Source of the DNA: Lophium mytilinum
Taxonomy: Eukaryota
NCBI GenBank assembly: GCA_010093605.1
Contig: MU004183.1
Location: forward strand, 744,001-808,000
Direction: 5' to 3'
DNA length: 64,000 nucleotides
The notes under the pieces were generated by a model that was given only the letters and a program-made list of their open reading frames with translations, searched no databases and was not told the DNA's origin. Below, piece after piece: positions 1-12,322 of the stretch (its first letter is position 1; each line of letters opens with the position of its first letter). A program made the position numbers and the translations under genes.

Positions 1-1464
1 AGGAACCGGATATCAACCCCGACTCTCCCCACGACCTTCTCGAGGGTACCATCAACTACTCTCCCCCCTTGCCTGAACCTCGTGCTTTAGCTAGCGCGAG
101 GCCTGGTCCTGCATGCTATTACTGACTAGAAGGATTCTCTGGGAGACTTCCGGTGCAGCACTAGTTGGCGTTTGATTTATATGCTCTTTACCGAGATTTA
201 GCTAGCTCGACGGTGCGAAATGAAAGAAACCGTCAATACCCCTATTCTGTCCTGCTCGCTTGTTCCTGCCGTGCATGTGAGTGTGACCATGGTCCTGTGG
301 AGGAGTCTAGTGAGTTTGGCTCCAGGGTAAGAAATTTGGTTCAATGTGGTATGTATGGGCTAGTTGCTTTGGCTGTTGTGGTTAACTGACTCTGCATAGT
401 CGAATGGTGTTGCACTGAGCACTTGTGTAGCTGGCACGGTACGATTGCGGCTCTAGACCTGCGTTGGTGGAGCTAGGGTTTGGACAGAGTGGTTCAGTGA
501 GACGTCTGGTTTGAGTTGGCGAGTTCCTAGCTTACCGTAATTTGTGATCGGGCTAATGCGGTCGAAACAGTGTTAGGGGAAAGGGACAGCCATGGGTGAG
601 AAACGTCAGCGAAAGAATGGTTTTGGAGACTGGCTAGCAAGATTGGGATTTTTGCAAGTTGCTGGGTTAGGAATGGTGGTTGGGGTGAGGAATGCGGATA
701 GGAGGTTTGTTGCGGTGAGTTCACGTGACTAGTTTTACGATAAGACTATCTGACAGCGTCGAAAGCTATACATGGAGTTGATTTCGGGAAGGAATATTAA
801 TGCCTGCTGTTAGCGCGGAGACCGGTATCAAAAGTGTACGCATTCTGCATGTGTTTATCTCCTTTCGATATATTATAGCTGTCGTAAGTAAGCTCAAAAA
901 GTGTCGAGGTGAGACGATATCTGTCTTCTAGTTTCCTTGAAACCCCTTCGATTTCCGACCACGCTCGCATGGCAGAAGACAGTCGTAGCTTGTAGGCAAG
1001 CGTCGTAATAGCTGAGCTTGTGCTACGCCTCCAACCGTGTTACCCCGGATTACTCTCTAATCTTCTGGTTCCCACCTCTTCCTTGAGACTGAGACGATTC
1101 GCTGCACAAGTATGGTGGCATCCTTCGAGTCTCGTAGGCCTTATGTGTAGCTTCTACTTTAAGTCAACTGGAGGGGTCGGTCGTAGAATTTGGAGGTCTG
1201 AAATTGCGAGACGAGGGAGAAGAAGCGGAACTGCCATGCTCTCAGCATCTGCTCCCTATATCTCTTCTGTTGAGCTTAGACATCGCTGACCCTGCTGTAT
1301 AGAAAACTACATAATCAAGCTGTGTGAATCACGTGATATGCGAACAGACCGTTGTCGCGATGATCTCGACTTTCATTCACTCCACCACCGAAATGGCTCG
1401 TTTCTTTCTGCCAACTCACGACGTTCAACAATGACTCAATCCTCCACCTTACAAGTTCTTCAAG

Positions 1465-3869
1465 ATGGGCCGCAAGACAAACGTTGAGGAGTTCCTAGTC
1501 GACCTACGCTCAAGGCATCCCAAGTTGCGGTCCGCGCAGGATGTGCAGGAAGCCATTGGTGAAGGAAGTATCCAAAATGCAGTCATAGACTGTGTGCGCT
1601 ATCTCGAACTTGAGTGGGCATGCGATGGAGAATGGGGCGTTCATCTGAAGTTCCGCGTAAGTACTGATATCCCATGGACTGTTCTTTCCCTAATTGGTCT
1701 TAGAGTGGCCCGTTCCGTGACGCCGTAAGACTATGTTTACAAGGACAACCTCCTCGCCACCAGTTCGCATCCTTTCTTCGCAGCCTACCGACCTGGGATG
1801 GAGATGCAGAAAAGGCGAAATACCTCGTGTCCGTGCTTACTACCGACGATCGGCGTGTCTTCGATCTTCATGACACGACGGGACTACAGTCTTTCGTTGC
1901 CTACCTCGCGGTCTTGAAAAATGCTCTGTCTTCTCCTACCGGCAGTTTGCGCCCGCCGCGGTTGTCTGATGAAGCTCTACGGGATCAGCTAGAATCAGGA
2001 GACTTCTCAAATCCCTATTTCTTAGAGGCGAGAGAAGACGTCCGTAGAGGGGCATTGTGCGATGCTCTCCTCAACTTTACCAAGCCATTCTGTCTACGCA
2101 CCCATGTTAACTTTAACAATAACAGTGTTTTGACATTCAAGGTATTTCACCCGAGAACATATGATGCCGCGGCTGTCACTGACCTCACTAAGCAACGCGG
2201 TCTCGAGGCGACTTCGATACTACGTCTAGACCACAGTGTAGTTCGAAAGGATGGACCTCCCGCATACTCCTCAATTGTGTTGCTTCGTGGTTTGGGTGAA
2301 GACGAGTACGTGTACGGCAGTTGGACGAATAATGCCGTGGTCCAAGATTACCTCAAAGAGGGAGAGTATCCATCGCATCATCTCCAGGACAGTGATATCG
2401 TCTTTGACTTGTCCAAAGCGCGGTCAGCGTACAATCTTCTTGGAGCTCTACTTCGTCGCCGTGATAGGCGAATCCAAGGTGGAAGCTTCTCGCAGAGTGA
2501 TAAACAAGTCTGCCATGCAAACTTGGACATGGGCCTATCTTTGGCAGACTCTAATTTCTTGGAGGACCTCCTCGCAGACGATCCCCGAACAAGCGAAGCG
2601 GCAGCCGCGCAGCATCACATCGAGTGGGGACAATTAGTTTTCGCCGTACGAGGTTGCTTGCAATACCTGGGCTTCAATTGGCAGTATAATGGAGAGTTCA
2701 GCAATTACCTTCGGTTTTCTGTAAGTCGTAAATTTATCTGTACATGCCGGACCTAATGAAACCAGATTCCTCCGTTTCAAGGCATAGCGGCGATATCTTT
2801 CCAAGGCCTGATTCCCGTCTTTCGCACTGGAATCTTCTTCGAAAGCCCCGTTTCCCACCACGAACAGAAGGACCAAGCCAAACTTGTTGCGGCTGTAATC
2901 ACTGCGGAGCAGAGATGTGAGTTCAGCCTCCACGACAAGCAAGGGCTACACGCGCTCGTATCTCATATATTGTCTTTGAAGAAGAGTCTACAATCTGGAA
3001 CGGGCACTCTTCGTTCACCAAGGCTGTCTGATGAAGATCTGCTCAGCCAACTGGATAGAGAAGACTACCGCAACCCTTACTTCATTGAGGCCAGAGAAGA
3101 TATTCGGCGAGGTTGTCTAGTCGACGCGCTTTTGAACTTCACAAAGCCATTCCGCATAGGCTCATATAAGCCTTTTGAAGAACGAGGGAGAATCGAATTC
3201 AAGGTTTGTTACTCCCGTATTCGGCTTTGCATCGTTGCATCTCACTTATCTTCACTAGCAACATGGTCTTCGATCGATCTCCGTGCATCGCCTCGACAGG
3301 CTCGTGTACGCCAGTATGCAAGTCCCTGCATACTCTACAATTGTTGTCCTCCGAGGCATTAAAGTGAAAGAAGAGTCCTTTGGCGTCCGGGTTTTCAATC
3401 ACAGCGCGCTCGTAAGCTACATTCAAAACGAGGATTTCCCCTCCGATCGTCTCCAAGACAGGGATATCGCCTTTGACTTGGCTCTTCCGAGATCAGTCTT
3501 CGACCTCATGACGGCTCTTCTCGCTCATCGAGATAGGCGAGCCAAGGCCAGAAACTCCGCACAATCCGCAGATACGAAGGTCGGCTCACATGTGCCTCAC
3601 AAGGACACTTCTATTTCGATACATAACGATTCGCTGAAACCTCACGGAGTACTGAAGCGAAAGACTAAAGAGAAGCTGAAGCCCTTGGCAATAGTGGCGA
3701 TGTTGAATCAAGCGGTATGTTTGTCTTGCTATCAGCGACCGAATCTGTAATGCTGATTGATTTGTAGAGCAAAGCACCCACTTGCTCCACTACTCCTACA
3801 CAATGGAAACGTGGCCTCACCAGCGAGAATGATCAAACACTCTACTTGTCGACTAGGAGAAGGCCTTAA
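1465..3869 (+). CDS. Orphan protein made of an internal tandem duplication (units A-B-A'-B'), six exons
   Basis: ORFs 1465, 1827, 2970 and 3283 join in frame through phase-0 GT-AG introns at 1657-1703, 2142-2192, 2721-2765, 3204-3258 and 3715-3767; stop TAA at 3867-3869. Internal repeat: LRPPRLSDEALRDQLESGDFSNPYFLEAREDVRRGALCDALLNFTKPF vs LRSPRLSDEDLLSQLDREDYRNPYFIEAREDIRRGCLVDALLNFTKPF. Confidence 0.8.
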
Positions 3870-4823
3870 GACAGACCTTCGCTCAGCACGACAGATATGC
3901 GTAACTTTTGCACACTATACGATTAAGCTTCTGCGCGATATCCCCTTAAGAGCTGGAGCGTTACACCAGCTCAGACCATCATGCAGCTCCTGATAAATCT
4001 GCCTTGGTCGTTGGAGGTCCGGCCTGCGATATGGTATTGAGACGCAGCCGATCTTGATCAGGAAGACCTTACGGTTACTGGAAGCATTGGGTGCGGCGTG
4101 TCAGAAAATATGCGAGATACTATGCCCCAAAACCAGGCTTGTAAATATGGTAGGCGGGCTCATTCTGCAAGGAGTTGAAATAAGGTGCTTTGTTCATTCT
4201 AGTCTATGTTAAATTGGCGATTTCGGGGTCAATATACCCTTGTCAATCTGAGAACCTTCCTGGAGGACCATGTCCCCTTTCTATTAAAGTTTGGCGCCTC
4301 TTCGTATAAGCTGATTAGTTCTAGAAGAATCCTATCAATTCGGAACGTTTGATGATGCTTATCATCATTGAAGTCCTCATGTAACGGAGCGCATTCGGAA
4401 TACTGCGATGTCCCGCAAACTTAGTAGGCTCTCGATTGAGAGTATCGGATACGAGGAACCAGGACGTCGAATTGGCTCATGTGTTCCTGGACCTCAATAT
4501 CGCGTGATGTTCTCGAACGTGCGCGATGTGTTGTAGGCAAAAGGTGAAGTGAACTCCGCAACGCAACTTTCCTTCACCGCGCGACGAACCCAGCCTTAGT
4601 ATTCATTCAGTCGAATAATAGAGCCTCGCAATAGGATCCTTAACACAGTCTCCCAAGTTGTTCTATAAGACACGATTGCCCAAAGCCCTCCACTTACCTC
4701 TACAGCCTCCTTCAATCTTCTCGTCCTCATTTTCGACGTACTATCTTTGACATTCCGTTCTGCAACAAACGCAATATTCTACAGCCTTTCATACCCTCAA
4801 CCCCGGTTTCAAATCAAACCAAG

Positions 4824-5902
4824 ATGTCTTCCGATACTGACTCCATTATCTGCAACTGGGAAGCAGACCCCCGAGACGAGCTCTTCATCGACCTCGCGCG
4901 ACGAAACATCCCAAATCAGCCCTTCTTCCGCTCGGTCGTGAACGAACTTAACGAGAGTCGAAGCCGCCTCATCCTACCAGCTCTAACGAAAATCTTGAAA
5001 GCATTTGGCTGGCCAACTGCGATGTCCGGAACTGGCGAGCATAGAAGGATCACATTTCGAGTAAGTATCCTATTTAATTATTCCACTGCAATGCTAATCA
5101 TAGCAAGGGTTGCTTGCTGGAGACAGTCCAGATCTTCCACCGAGGGCGCTCCAGCATGGCCCACAGGGGAGTCACGATCTTGACAGAGGACGCCCGAATC
5201 CAATGCGATGTCGGCAAGAAAGAAGGGAGGTACCAATTCCTGGCCTTCCTCATGAACCACGAGGCGGCAGAGCGCAAACTAGCCGAAGGGAAGGAGAATA
5301 AGTTCCGCGAGGTTGAGGAGGATCTCAAGAAGTGGACAGTTTGGAGAGAAGCACGGAAGTACCCTGGCAAACTGCGACTGAGTCGCGCTCGACGTACCCG
5401 AGCGACCCATTATGTGATCCAGGAGGCAGAAGATTTGACCACTACATCGCACCGTCAGGAGGCCCTGCCCGGGTTCAATCCGTGGGCAACATTCCGGCCG
5501 ACCAAGCTGTCATTTTGTGAGACCAATCCGGATATCAGTGACAGAGCCGTCGAAAGCAGCCCTCCGAGCAACACCTCTCCCTCAAAGCCTCCAAATCCGC
5601 ACACTTCTCCATCGTCTATGCACAGTTCAGCTAGGAGGTCGAAGACCCCCTCAAAGCCTCATCACCGTTCCCAAAACTGCAGAATCCAGAAGCCAAATCA
5701 CAGCCGCATGACAAAAAAATCCATTTCTAGGCATGGTCGAGACTCGATTTTGAAGGACGTTTCAAATTGGACACCCTGCTTCGAGGACACGGTTCGGCCT
5801 CTCATATCAGCCCCTCCTCCTCACCACCTCTGCCACACTCGGTATCACTGGCAGACACCCCTGGCGCATCTGGAACTATCAGGACGAAGATGTCAAATTT
5901 AG
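4824..5902 (+). CDS. Orphan protein: single-domain paralog of 1465-3869 plus a charged helix and low-complexity tail
   Basis: Exon 1 (4824-5060) ends ITFR|GTAAGT. An acceptor at 5107 puts exon 2 in the 5114 ORF frame, giving VTILTEDARIQCDVGKKEGRYQFLAFL, which aligns with VSVLTTDDRRVFDLHDTTGLQSFVAYL of the upstream gene. The acceptor choice and the 3' end are uncertain. Confidence 0.6.
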
Positions 5903-5998
5903 GAACGTTTAGACTAGAGCTGCGATTATGAATGACCATCTACCTGCTACACATGCACCTGACCCACTTCCACTCCTGATTGACCCCGTTAAAATCGC

Positions 5999-7763
5999 CT
6001 ACTGAACCTCCTGGTTCCCACTCTCCTCAACAGCCTCTTTCAAATCCCCCAAAAACCTCCACCGACCGTCCACCTTGACCGACCCCTTGTTCCACTCATT
6101 CAGGGACTTCGGAAAGACGTCCATAACGCTCGTAAGCGTATTGTCGTGCGCAATAATGACCAAGACGTCGTCGCTTGCGTCAAAAGTCTCAAGGCCGCGG
6201 ACACTTTCTCGTGTGGAATCCATGTTCTCGTGCACGCCCTCTGCTATATCGAAGAACGGCTCCGTGGGTGATTTGCTCCGATGTATTGCTTGAAAGAGCG
6301 ATCCGGGACACACGCTGTGAGGTTCACGAAGCGTAAGGGGTGACGGGCTGAGAGATTCTGGGAGGGGGAGGTAAGGCGTTGGGCGGAATTCGCCTGGGTC
6401 GTGGCAGCAATCGCCCCCGAGGAGGACAAAAGAGGAGGAAGTGGTGCGGGCGAGGGCGCTCAGGTGACCGATAGCGTGGCCTGGGGTTGACAGGAGGTAG
6501 AATGAGCCGTCGCCGAAGAAGTCATGCGCAGCGAATGGGCCGATCTTGAGGGAAGTGTCGAAAGGTGCTTCAGTCAGGGTGCGGCCGGCGTAGTCAGATT
6601 CGCGGATGGGTGACTCTGGGTTGGAGGGATAGCCAGGCATGATGGGAGATGATGTGAGGCCGGGGCCTACGATGAGGGACGTTGTTGAGGGGAAAGTGGT
6701 CATGTCGCCGATGCTGTTAGAAGTTTTTTCAGTAAACGAATTCTTTTGCAAACGAGTTCGAGTGTGGTATGCGACAGTGATAGGCCATAAGTTGGGGCGC
6801 ACGGAAACTCCACTGCCCGGGCTCCATCTTTGCTCGCTCGATACCACTGAGAGGAGTGGCCTGGCTAGCAGGCTGTTGGTCGGTCAAAAGGAAGCCTGGT
6901 TCTGCCCGAATTGGCCTTCATAATGAGGCCACGGATGTAGGTCTCTACAGCTGCGCTTTTGCTCACTCAATACCACTATGAGGATGGCCCCAGCTGGTAG
7001 GTCGTCAGACGGTCAAGAGGAAGCCTGATTTCCAGTGCCTTAACCTTTACATCGTGGCACCAATATCCCGCAGGTCAGTCGCAACTCTTGCTCACTCAAT
7101 ACCACGGTAAGGAAGGCCCCAGTTGGTAGTTCGCCGGGCAGTCAAGAGGCAGCCCAACTTCCACTGTATCGAACTTGACATTCTTTCTGGAGCTTAAAGT
7201 GCCCAAAGCGATACCCTAGCAGCGACGGATCGATGTGCGCAGAATGATGGCCTACCACTGTATGCTAAAAAGAATTTGCTTACTGGTCCCAATGCCAATG
7301 ACTCCAGATGACAGATTCGATCTCTGACGGGTTGATCCCGTTCTCAGACAAGACGTCGGATACGCCCTTCTCGGCTTCGATCTTCGTGCCGATTTGTTCG
7401 TTCATTGCAGTAATAGCGGGCGACAGGTTCTCCCAGTCTTTTCGAACGCTTAAATCAAATAGAAGCTTACGACCGGAAGGATGCTCGATCAAGGTTGAGT
7501 AGGACGGAGCGGAGATCCATTCTTTGCCTTTAAACACAGGGGTCAGGAAGAGACCGAATGGCAGTGATATTCGGGTATTTCTGTTGAGAACGCGTTAGAG
7601 ATGTGGCCTCATACTCATGGAAAAGATGAGTAGTGAAAAGCGGTGCCTATCATTAGGATGAGACGTACGTATCTATCACCGAAACTTTGACTGTGCTTGA
7701 CGAGGACGGGATCTGAAGATTAGGAGCTGGCTTTGGTGCAGCTAGACAACCGTGGGACGACAT
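5999..7763 (-). CDS. Metallo-beta-lactamase-fold hydrolase (AHL-lactonase/gamma-lactamase-like)
   Basis: Exons 7763-7669, 7580-7284 and 6713-5999. Splicing restores IWSHWHWDHIGD (HxHxDH). Also DFFGDGSFYLLSTPGHAIGH, LGGDCCH and IIAHD metal-ligand motifs. Confidence 0.92.
6780..7190. repeat. 129-bp tandem repeat (about 3-3.5 copies) inside MBL intron 2
   Basis: The core TTGCTCRCTCRATACCAC...GTCAARAGGMAGCC starts near 6830, 6959 and 7088, a 129-bp period. Confidence 0.9.
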
Positions 7764-8692
7764 GATGAGAGAAATGGTAGTTTGTACGGAGAATAATAGG
7801 AATGAGATTGGCGTGCTTCTGTTAATATTGAATTCTCTCTATACACTTCCCTCAAAATCTGTTTGATGTAGCTGAGGAATACCATTTCGACGACAGAAAC
7901 GAGCCTCATACTTATACGCATTCTTTCTAGGTTTATTGCTAGTGTGTCTGTCATCCTTGTGAGCATTGTCAGCCCGCAGCCTCCCCGGAGCTGCACGAGC
8001 AGGACCCGAAAGCGGAATTCCACTGTGAAGATAATGATGTCTCGGCTAGGCTATTGTGGACTTCCACTTCGATAGAAGATTACGTGTGACGGTTACAGGC
8101 TAATACTAGTGGCGTTCTCAGGCGGGCCATTGCGGACTTCCACCTCGATGAAATATTACATTTTACGATCACAAGCATATGCAAATGGTGAGGATACTAG
8201 TCACATCGCCCTTCAGACATGAAGCTTTCCACTCTTGAGACTATACAGAGTATATGTACGCGTTCTGTTGTTTGTCTAATGACGAAGGATCACGTTTGCA
8301 TACATACTGACAAATGTAGTTGATTACATAAGCACAAATGCTCTAAGATTTAGAATCATTGAAGTCGGACGCGGTCATAGCTGCGAAGACAGACAGCTTC
8401 ACATTGCAGGGAAATTCTACGATAGATTTCTCTCCACTACGAACAAGAGGTTGAACACTTCTCCAGACATCCAAAAGATGTCTAGACGAGTATGAAATAT
8501 TAAAAAATCTTCGAAAGCATGCCATGAAAACAACGAGGTCCTCCTTACACAGAATCGTAGCAACATGAGCCTCGAACATCCGTAATAGTGGACTTACAAA
8601 CCCAACGAATCGCTTAATTGTGCATATTACATACCAAGCTCCTTGCAGCGACCCTCGCTAGCATGAGATCCTAAGCTGAACTTCAGTATGGA

Positions 8693-10441
8693 TCACTCCT
8701 CCGTGTTTCTTTCCAGCTCCCCTTCTAGAACCTCAACTCCTTCAGCCTTCTGCTCCCTTTCTACTAGCTTCTTCTCCTTAATCCCAACTGCTCGATCGAC
8801 CCACCCTTCGCCTCTTAACATACCAAGCCCTTTCCTCACTACGCCTCCATTGACAGCTTTTGGGTCGACTTCATAGACCGTGTTGATCAACGCCAAGCTC
8901 ATGACGACGAGTAGCACGTCCCCGTTCTTAATTCCTCTCCACCACCCATGCTTGACTCCTACTTTCCATAGAGAATCGATGCTGAGACGGGCTGAGTACA
9001 TGAAGTTACTGCGGCCAGACTTCCGTTCCAAGAACGCCCAGAGACCTCCGAGAAAACCACCAAGGAACCAGCGCTGAGTGGGTAGGAAGGCTCGTGGGAG
9101 GATATTTTGGAATAGACATATGCTACCCCAGCTCGTACCAATCGCACCGGTAATGAACAAACTCATCCGGAGAATAGATTTTGCTAGCCGGTTGAGTGCG
9201 GAGAGTGGCGAGTCAAGAAACGCTTTGTAGCGAGTGACGCTCAGTGCCGTAAAAATTATGGTGAAGAAACGAGCCACAGTCGGAAAGGCGCGAATGTAAT
9301 AAGAAACATAAGTTCGGAGGCAGGACGGGTCGTTAGGATGAAGGAGGGCACAAGAGAGAGACTTGATGGCCGGATGTGCGGGAGAAGTAATTGGCGAAAT
9401 GTTTCGCAGGGTAGTTGGCAAAGTTTGAGATTCCGGGAAGAGGATAGGGGATGTAAACGCTCTGTGTTGAAGTTAGCTGGAAAGCGTCAATCAACCTACA
9501 AAAGAAAGGTACATACGGCCATTTCAATCGCGATACTTTCGCAAGGCTATCCACAATCTCGTATGAGTCGGGCCACTTCATGTGTTTTGGATATCCAGCA
9601 GGTCTTTTCTGGATATACTCCGGAGAGTTGCCTAGTATGAACTTCCCATAGGACTCTGGAAAGCAGTCCCTATCAAAGACAAAGGCGTGCAGCAGTTGGC
9701 CGCATGCAACCGGCATGAGAAGCCATGATCCAAACCACCAAGGCTTGTTTTCAAAGTACCCGCGGTCCTCTAACCGGTTGTACAGGAATTCCAATGCTCG
9801 TGTAAAAGCGTAGATTGCGATTGTAACTCGTAGTTGGTCCGCGGGGTAAACAGCAAGGAAGAAGCCAGCCATACTGGCTCCAATTGCGGGGGCAAGGCGG
9901 GACGTGAGTGATTTGGAAACGCGCGGATTGCGCTTGCGGAACGGTTTTGCCTCATCTGTGAGGAGACTTTCACGGAGGCGCGTGAAGAATCGGAATAGAA
10001 GCCTGTGGAAAAGGAGGATAAGAGAGAGGGAGCATGGTAGTCGAAGGTTCGTTGACTTCCAGAACGCCGTCTTTCCCTTGGGTCTACGATTATTAGCCAT
10101 CATTTAACACGTATCAAAGGAACTACATACGGTAACGCCTTCCCACGCGCAAGGACTTTGGTTGTAATGAACTCCCATGCTTTCAAAGCCGCAAATGTTG
10201 ACACTCCAAGGCGCAGTGAAGCGCGGATTGCTGCCGCATTATAGTCGTCCGAGGTCTTTACGATGGCATCGTACTTAGGCGGCGGGGGCGTTCTCTTCCG
10301 TACAGCGGGCGCGCGAGATATTAGGTACTGATGAAGCAGTCGGTACTCCTTTGCGCTCACGGTGTAGCGGAGCGCATTGCGGAGTATGGGGTCGATCTTG
10401 TCGGGCCTACTCGACGATGAGGATGAGCTGGCTTGCGACAT
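8693..10441 (-). CDS. TMEM135/PXMP4-like peroxisomal membrane protein
   Basis: Three ORF blocks joined by introns (MSQASSS..DPILRNALRYTVS; WWFGSWLLMPVACGQLLHAFVFDRDCFP; CALLHPNDPSC..GAIGTSWGSICLF). Several hydrophobic segments as seen in fungal TMEM135 homologs. Confidence 0.75.
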
Positions 10442-10708
10442 CGTTGCGTCGCCCTTGCGCGGTTGACATGGAAGGCGTCGAAGAAGCGTGAATAAGGCCA
10501 GGGGACTCAGGAGAATACATCGGGTGTTGTCGTGTACTGGTCGTCGATCGGGGATGCCCTGCGCGATGTCGATACCTCGGCCTCCAAGTTGCAGGTGGAG
10601 TCTCATGCAAGCCGTTCTAGTACGGTATGCAATAAACAGAGTCGCGCCTTTGGTATGCCGTACACTGGTCTTTTTCAACAACTCACAACCTCGTCGCCAT
10701 CTCTCGCG

Positions 10709-11481
10709 ATGGCTACTGCAAAAACGAAAGATGAGGAACTGGCCCTTCCTTCATTCTGGGATCAACGTTATCTCAACTCTGACGGGGAGCATCCTACACA
10801 TGAATGGTTCAAGACCTTCGAAAGCCTCAAGCCGTTCTTCACCAAGCACCTCTTAGCCAAAAAAGCCCCCGATACTAGTCCATGTATCCTTCATCTTGGA
10901 TGTGGGGATAGTGTGAGTAATTCGCATCTCTTTCAACCCTGCGGAGCTGATTTATTCGTGCTCTTCCGCTGGAGTAGACCATCCCAATCGACCTACTTTC
11001 ACTAGGTTATGAGAATCAGACATGCATCGACTTCTCGAGTGTCGTGATACAGCTTATGTCACAGCGCCATGCGGACAAACCCAAGCTGAAATGGGCTGTC
11101 GGAGATGTGCAAGACATGCCCCAAATTCTGACTGGAGCAGTCGACGTCGCTTTTGATAAAGGTACATTGGACGCGATGATATCGGGCAGTCTTTGGGATC
11201 CGCCAGATCCGGTCAAGACAATGATCAAACGCTACATAGACGAGGTAGCTACCTTGAGGGTTTCCTTAGCCGTCAGCTCTTGTGCTGACTGTTAGTAGGT
11301 TGTCCGTGTTCTGAAGCCTGGAGGTCTCTTTCTTTATATCACATATCGCCAGCCGCACTTCATGAAGCCTTTCCTAACGCGCGAGAGGATCTGGGATTTG
11401 ATAGTCGAAGATCTGGAGGACGAGAAAGGGTCATTTGGCTACTTTGGGTTCATAATGACCAAGGCCGGTGACTCTCCGTAG
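10709..11481 (+). CDS. Class I SAM-dependent methyltransferase, EEF1AKMT4/METTL13 N-terminal-like
   Basis: FWDQRY..HEWF, motif I ILHLGCGDS, IDFSSVVI, DVAFDKGTLDAM, VVRVLKPGGLFLYITYRQPHF; two introns; stop TAG at 11479-11481. Confidence 0.88.
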
Positions 11482-11699
11482 GCAAAAGCTAGGTCTAGAC
11501 TCTCTAGCATTACCCAATTCCCGTACACGATGTGCAGCTGGATATTAGTCTTCTTTAGATACCCTAGACCAAATCCGAAGCCCGGTTGCATTTCAAGATC
11601 TTACGTCTCGTCCCTAAAAGATTATCTGTCGTCTGCTCTATCGACGATCCCCAACTCACAACCTCTGCGTACCTATATCCTTAAGCTATAGAACTCGAA

Positions 11700-12322
11700 C
11701 CCCGCTGTGCAAAGAAGCGGCTAATGAGTACGCTCCATCCACACGAATTCGGTACCCTGTGCCTTCCTGTGCGCCTCTTTGCCGGATAAGATTCCCAACG
11801 ACAAACATTATAGGCTGAGGAAATTATCAACAGAATGGTTTACGTAGTATACCCTCTGACCTTGAGGCTCTTTAGCTTCGATAATTGCCCAATCCATCGC
11901 TGCCTCCACAACAGCAAGCATGTTCCGCTGCTTCTCTCATCGATATCTCTATTGGGGCTTGAGCATAGAAATGTCATGTCGTTGATTTCAAACACCCGTT
12001 TCCTCTCAGTCCTCGTGGCCCTCCCGTTCAGTAGTTCTGTCATTGGAGTATGGATACTCAGGACAGCGCTTCTCGTAAAACACAGCAAAGGCAAGACCGA
12101 TTGCAATGAGAGCGAGGCCCCAGAGAAGTTTGACCAGTCAGGAAAGAAGTCCTCGTCGATATCCATTTATTATGGGTACCTTTGTTGTCTTGCTTCTGGT
12201 TGGAATACAAAAATAATTGGGTTGATGAGAGAGTCCTTCCGTGCGCTGCGTGGTGAAATCGTAAGGTTAGATCATTCTTCATCTTGCTTGAACGCAATCA
12301 TTAAGTACAGACGCTTTGCCAT
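11700..12322 (-). pseudogene. Possible decayed gene of unknown family
   Basis: One frame from ATG 12322 runs through ORF 12166-11840 and beyond, broken only by TGA, TAA-TAA and TAA. No family recognised and the 3' boundary is approximate. Confidence 0.3.

Noticed and set aside
1..1300. Short ORFs and a minus-strand GTAAGC donor near 535
   Set aside because: Possibly the 5' region of a gene outside the window; no coding model can be supported.
7012..7022. GTCAAGAGG shared between the intronic repeat and the 59-kb repeats
   Set aside because: Only a 9-10 nt match; the flanks do not align convincingly.
6780..7190. CRISPR-like core-plus-spacer look of the intronic array
   Set aside because: The apparent spacers are homologous to one another, the units are too long, the genome is eukaryotic and there are no cas genes.
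11690..11710. GGTTCGAG T-loop-like motif on the minus strand
   Set aside because: No acceptor stem, D-arm or anticodon arm, so not a tRNA.
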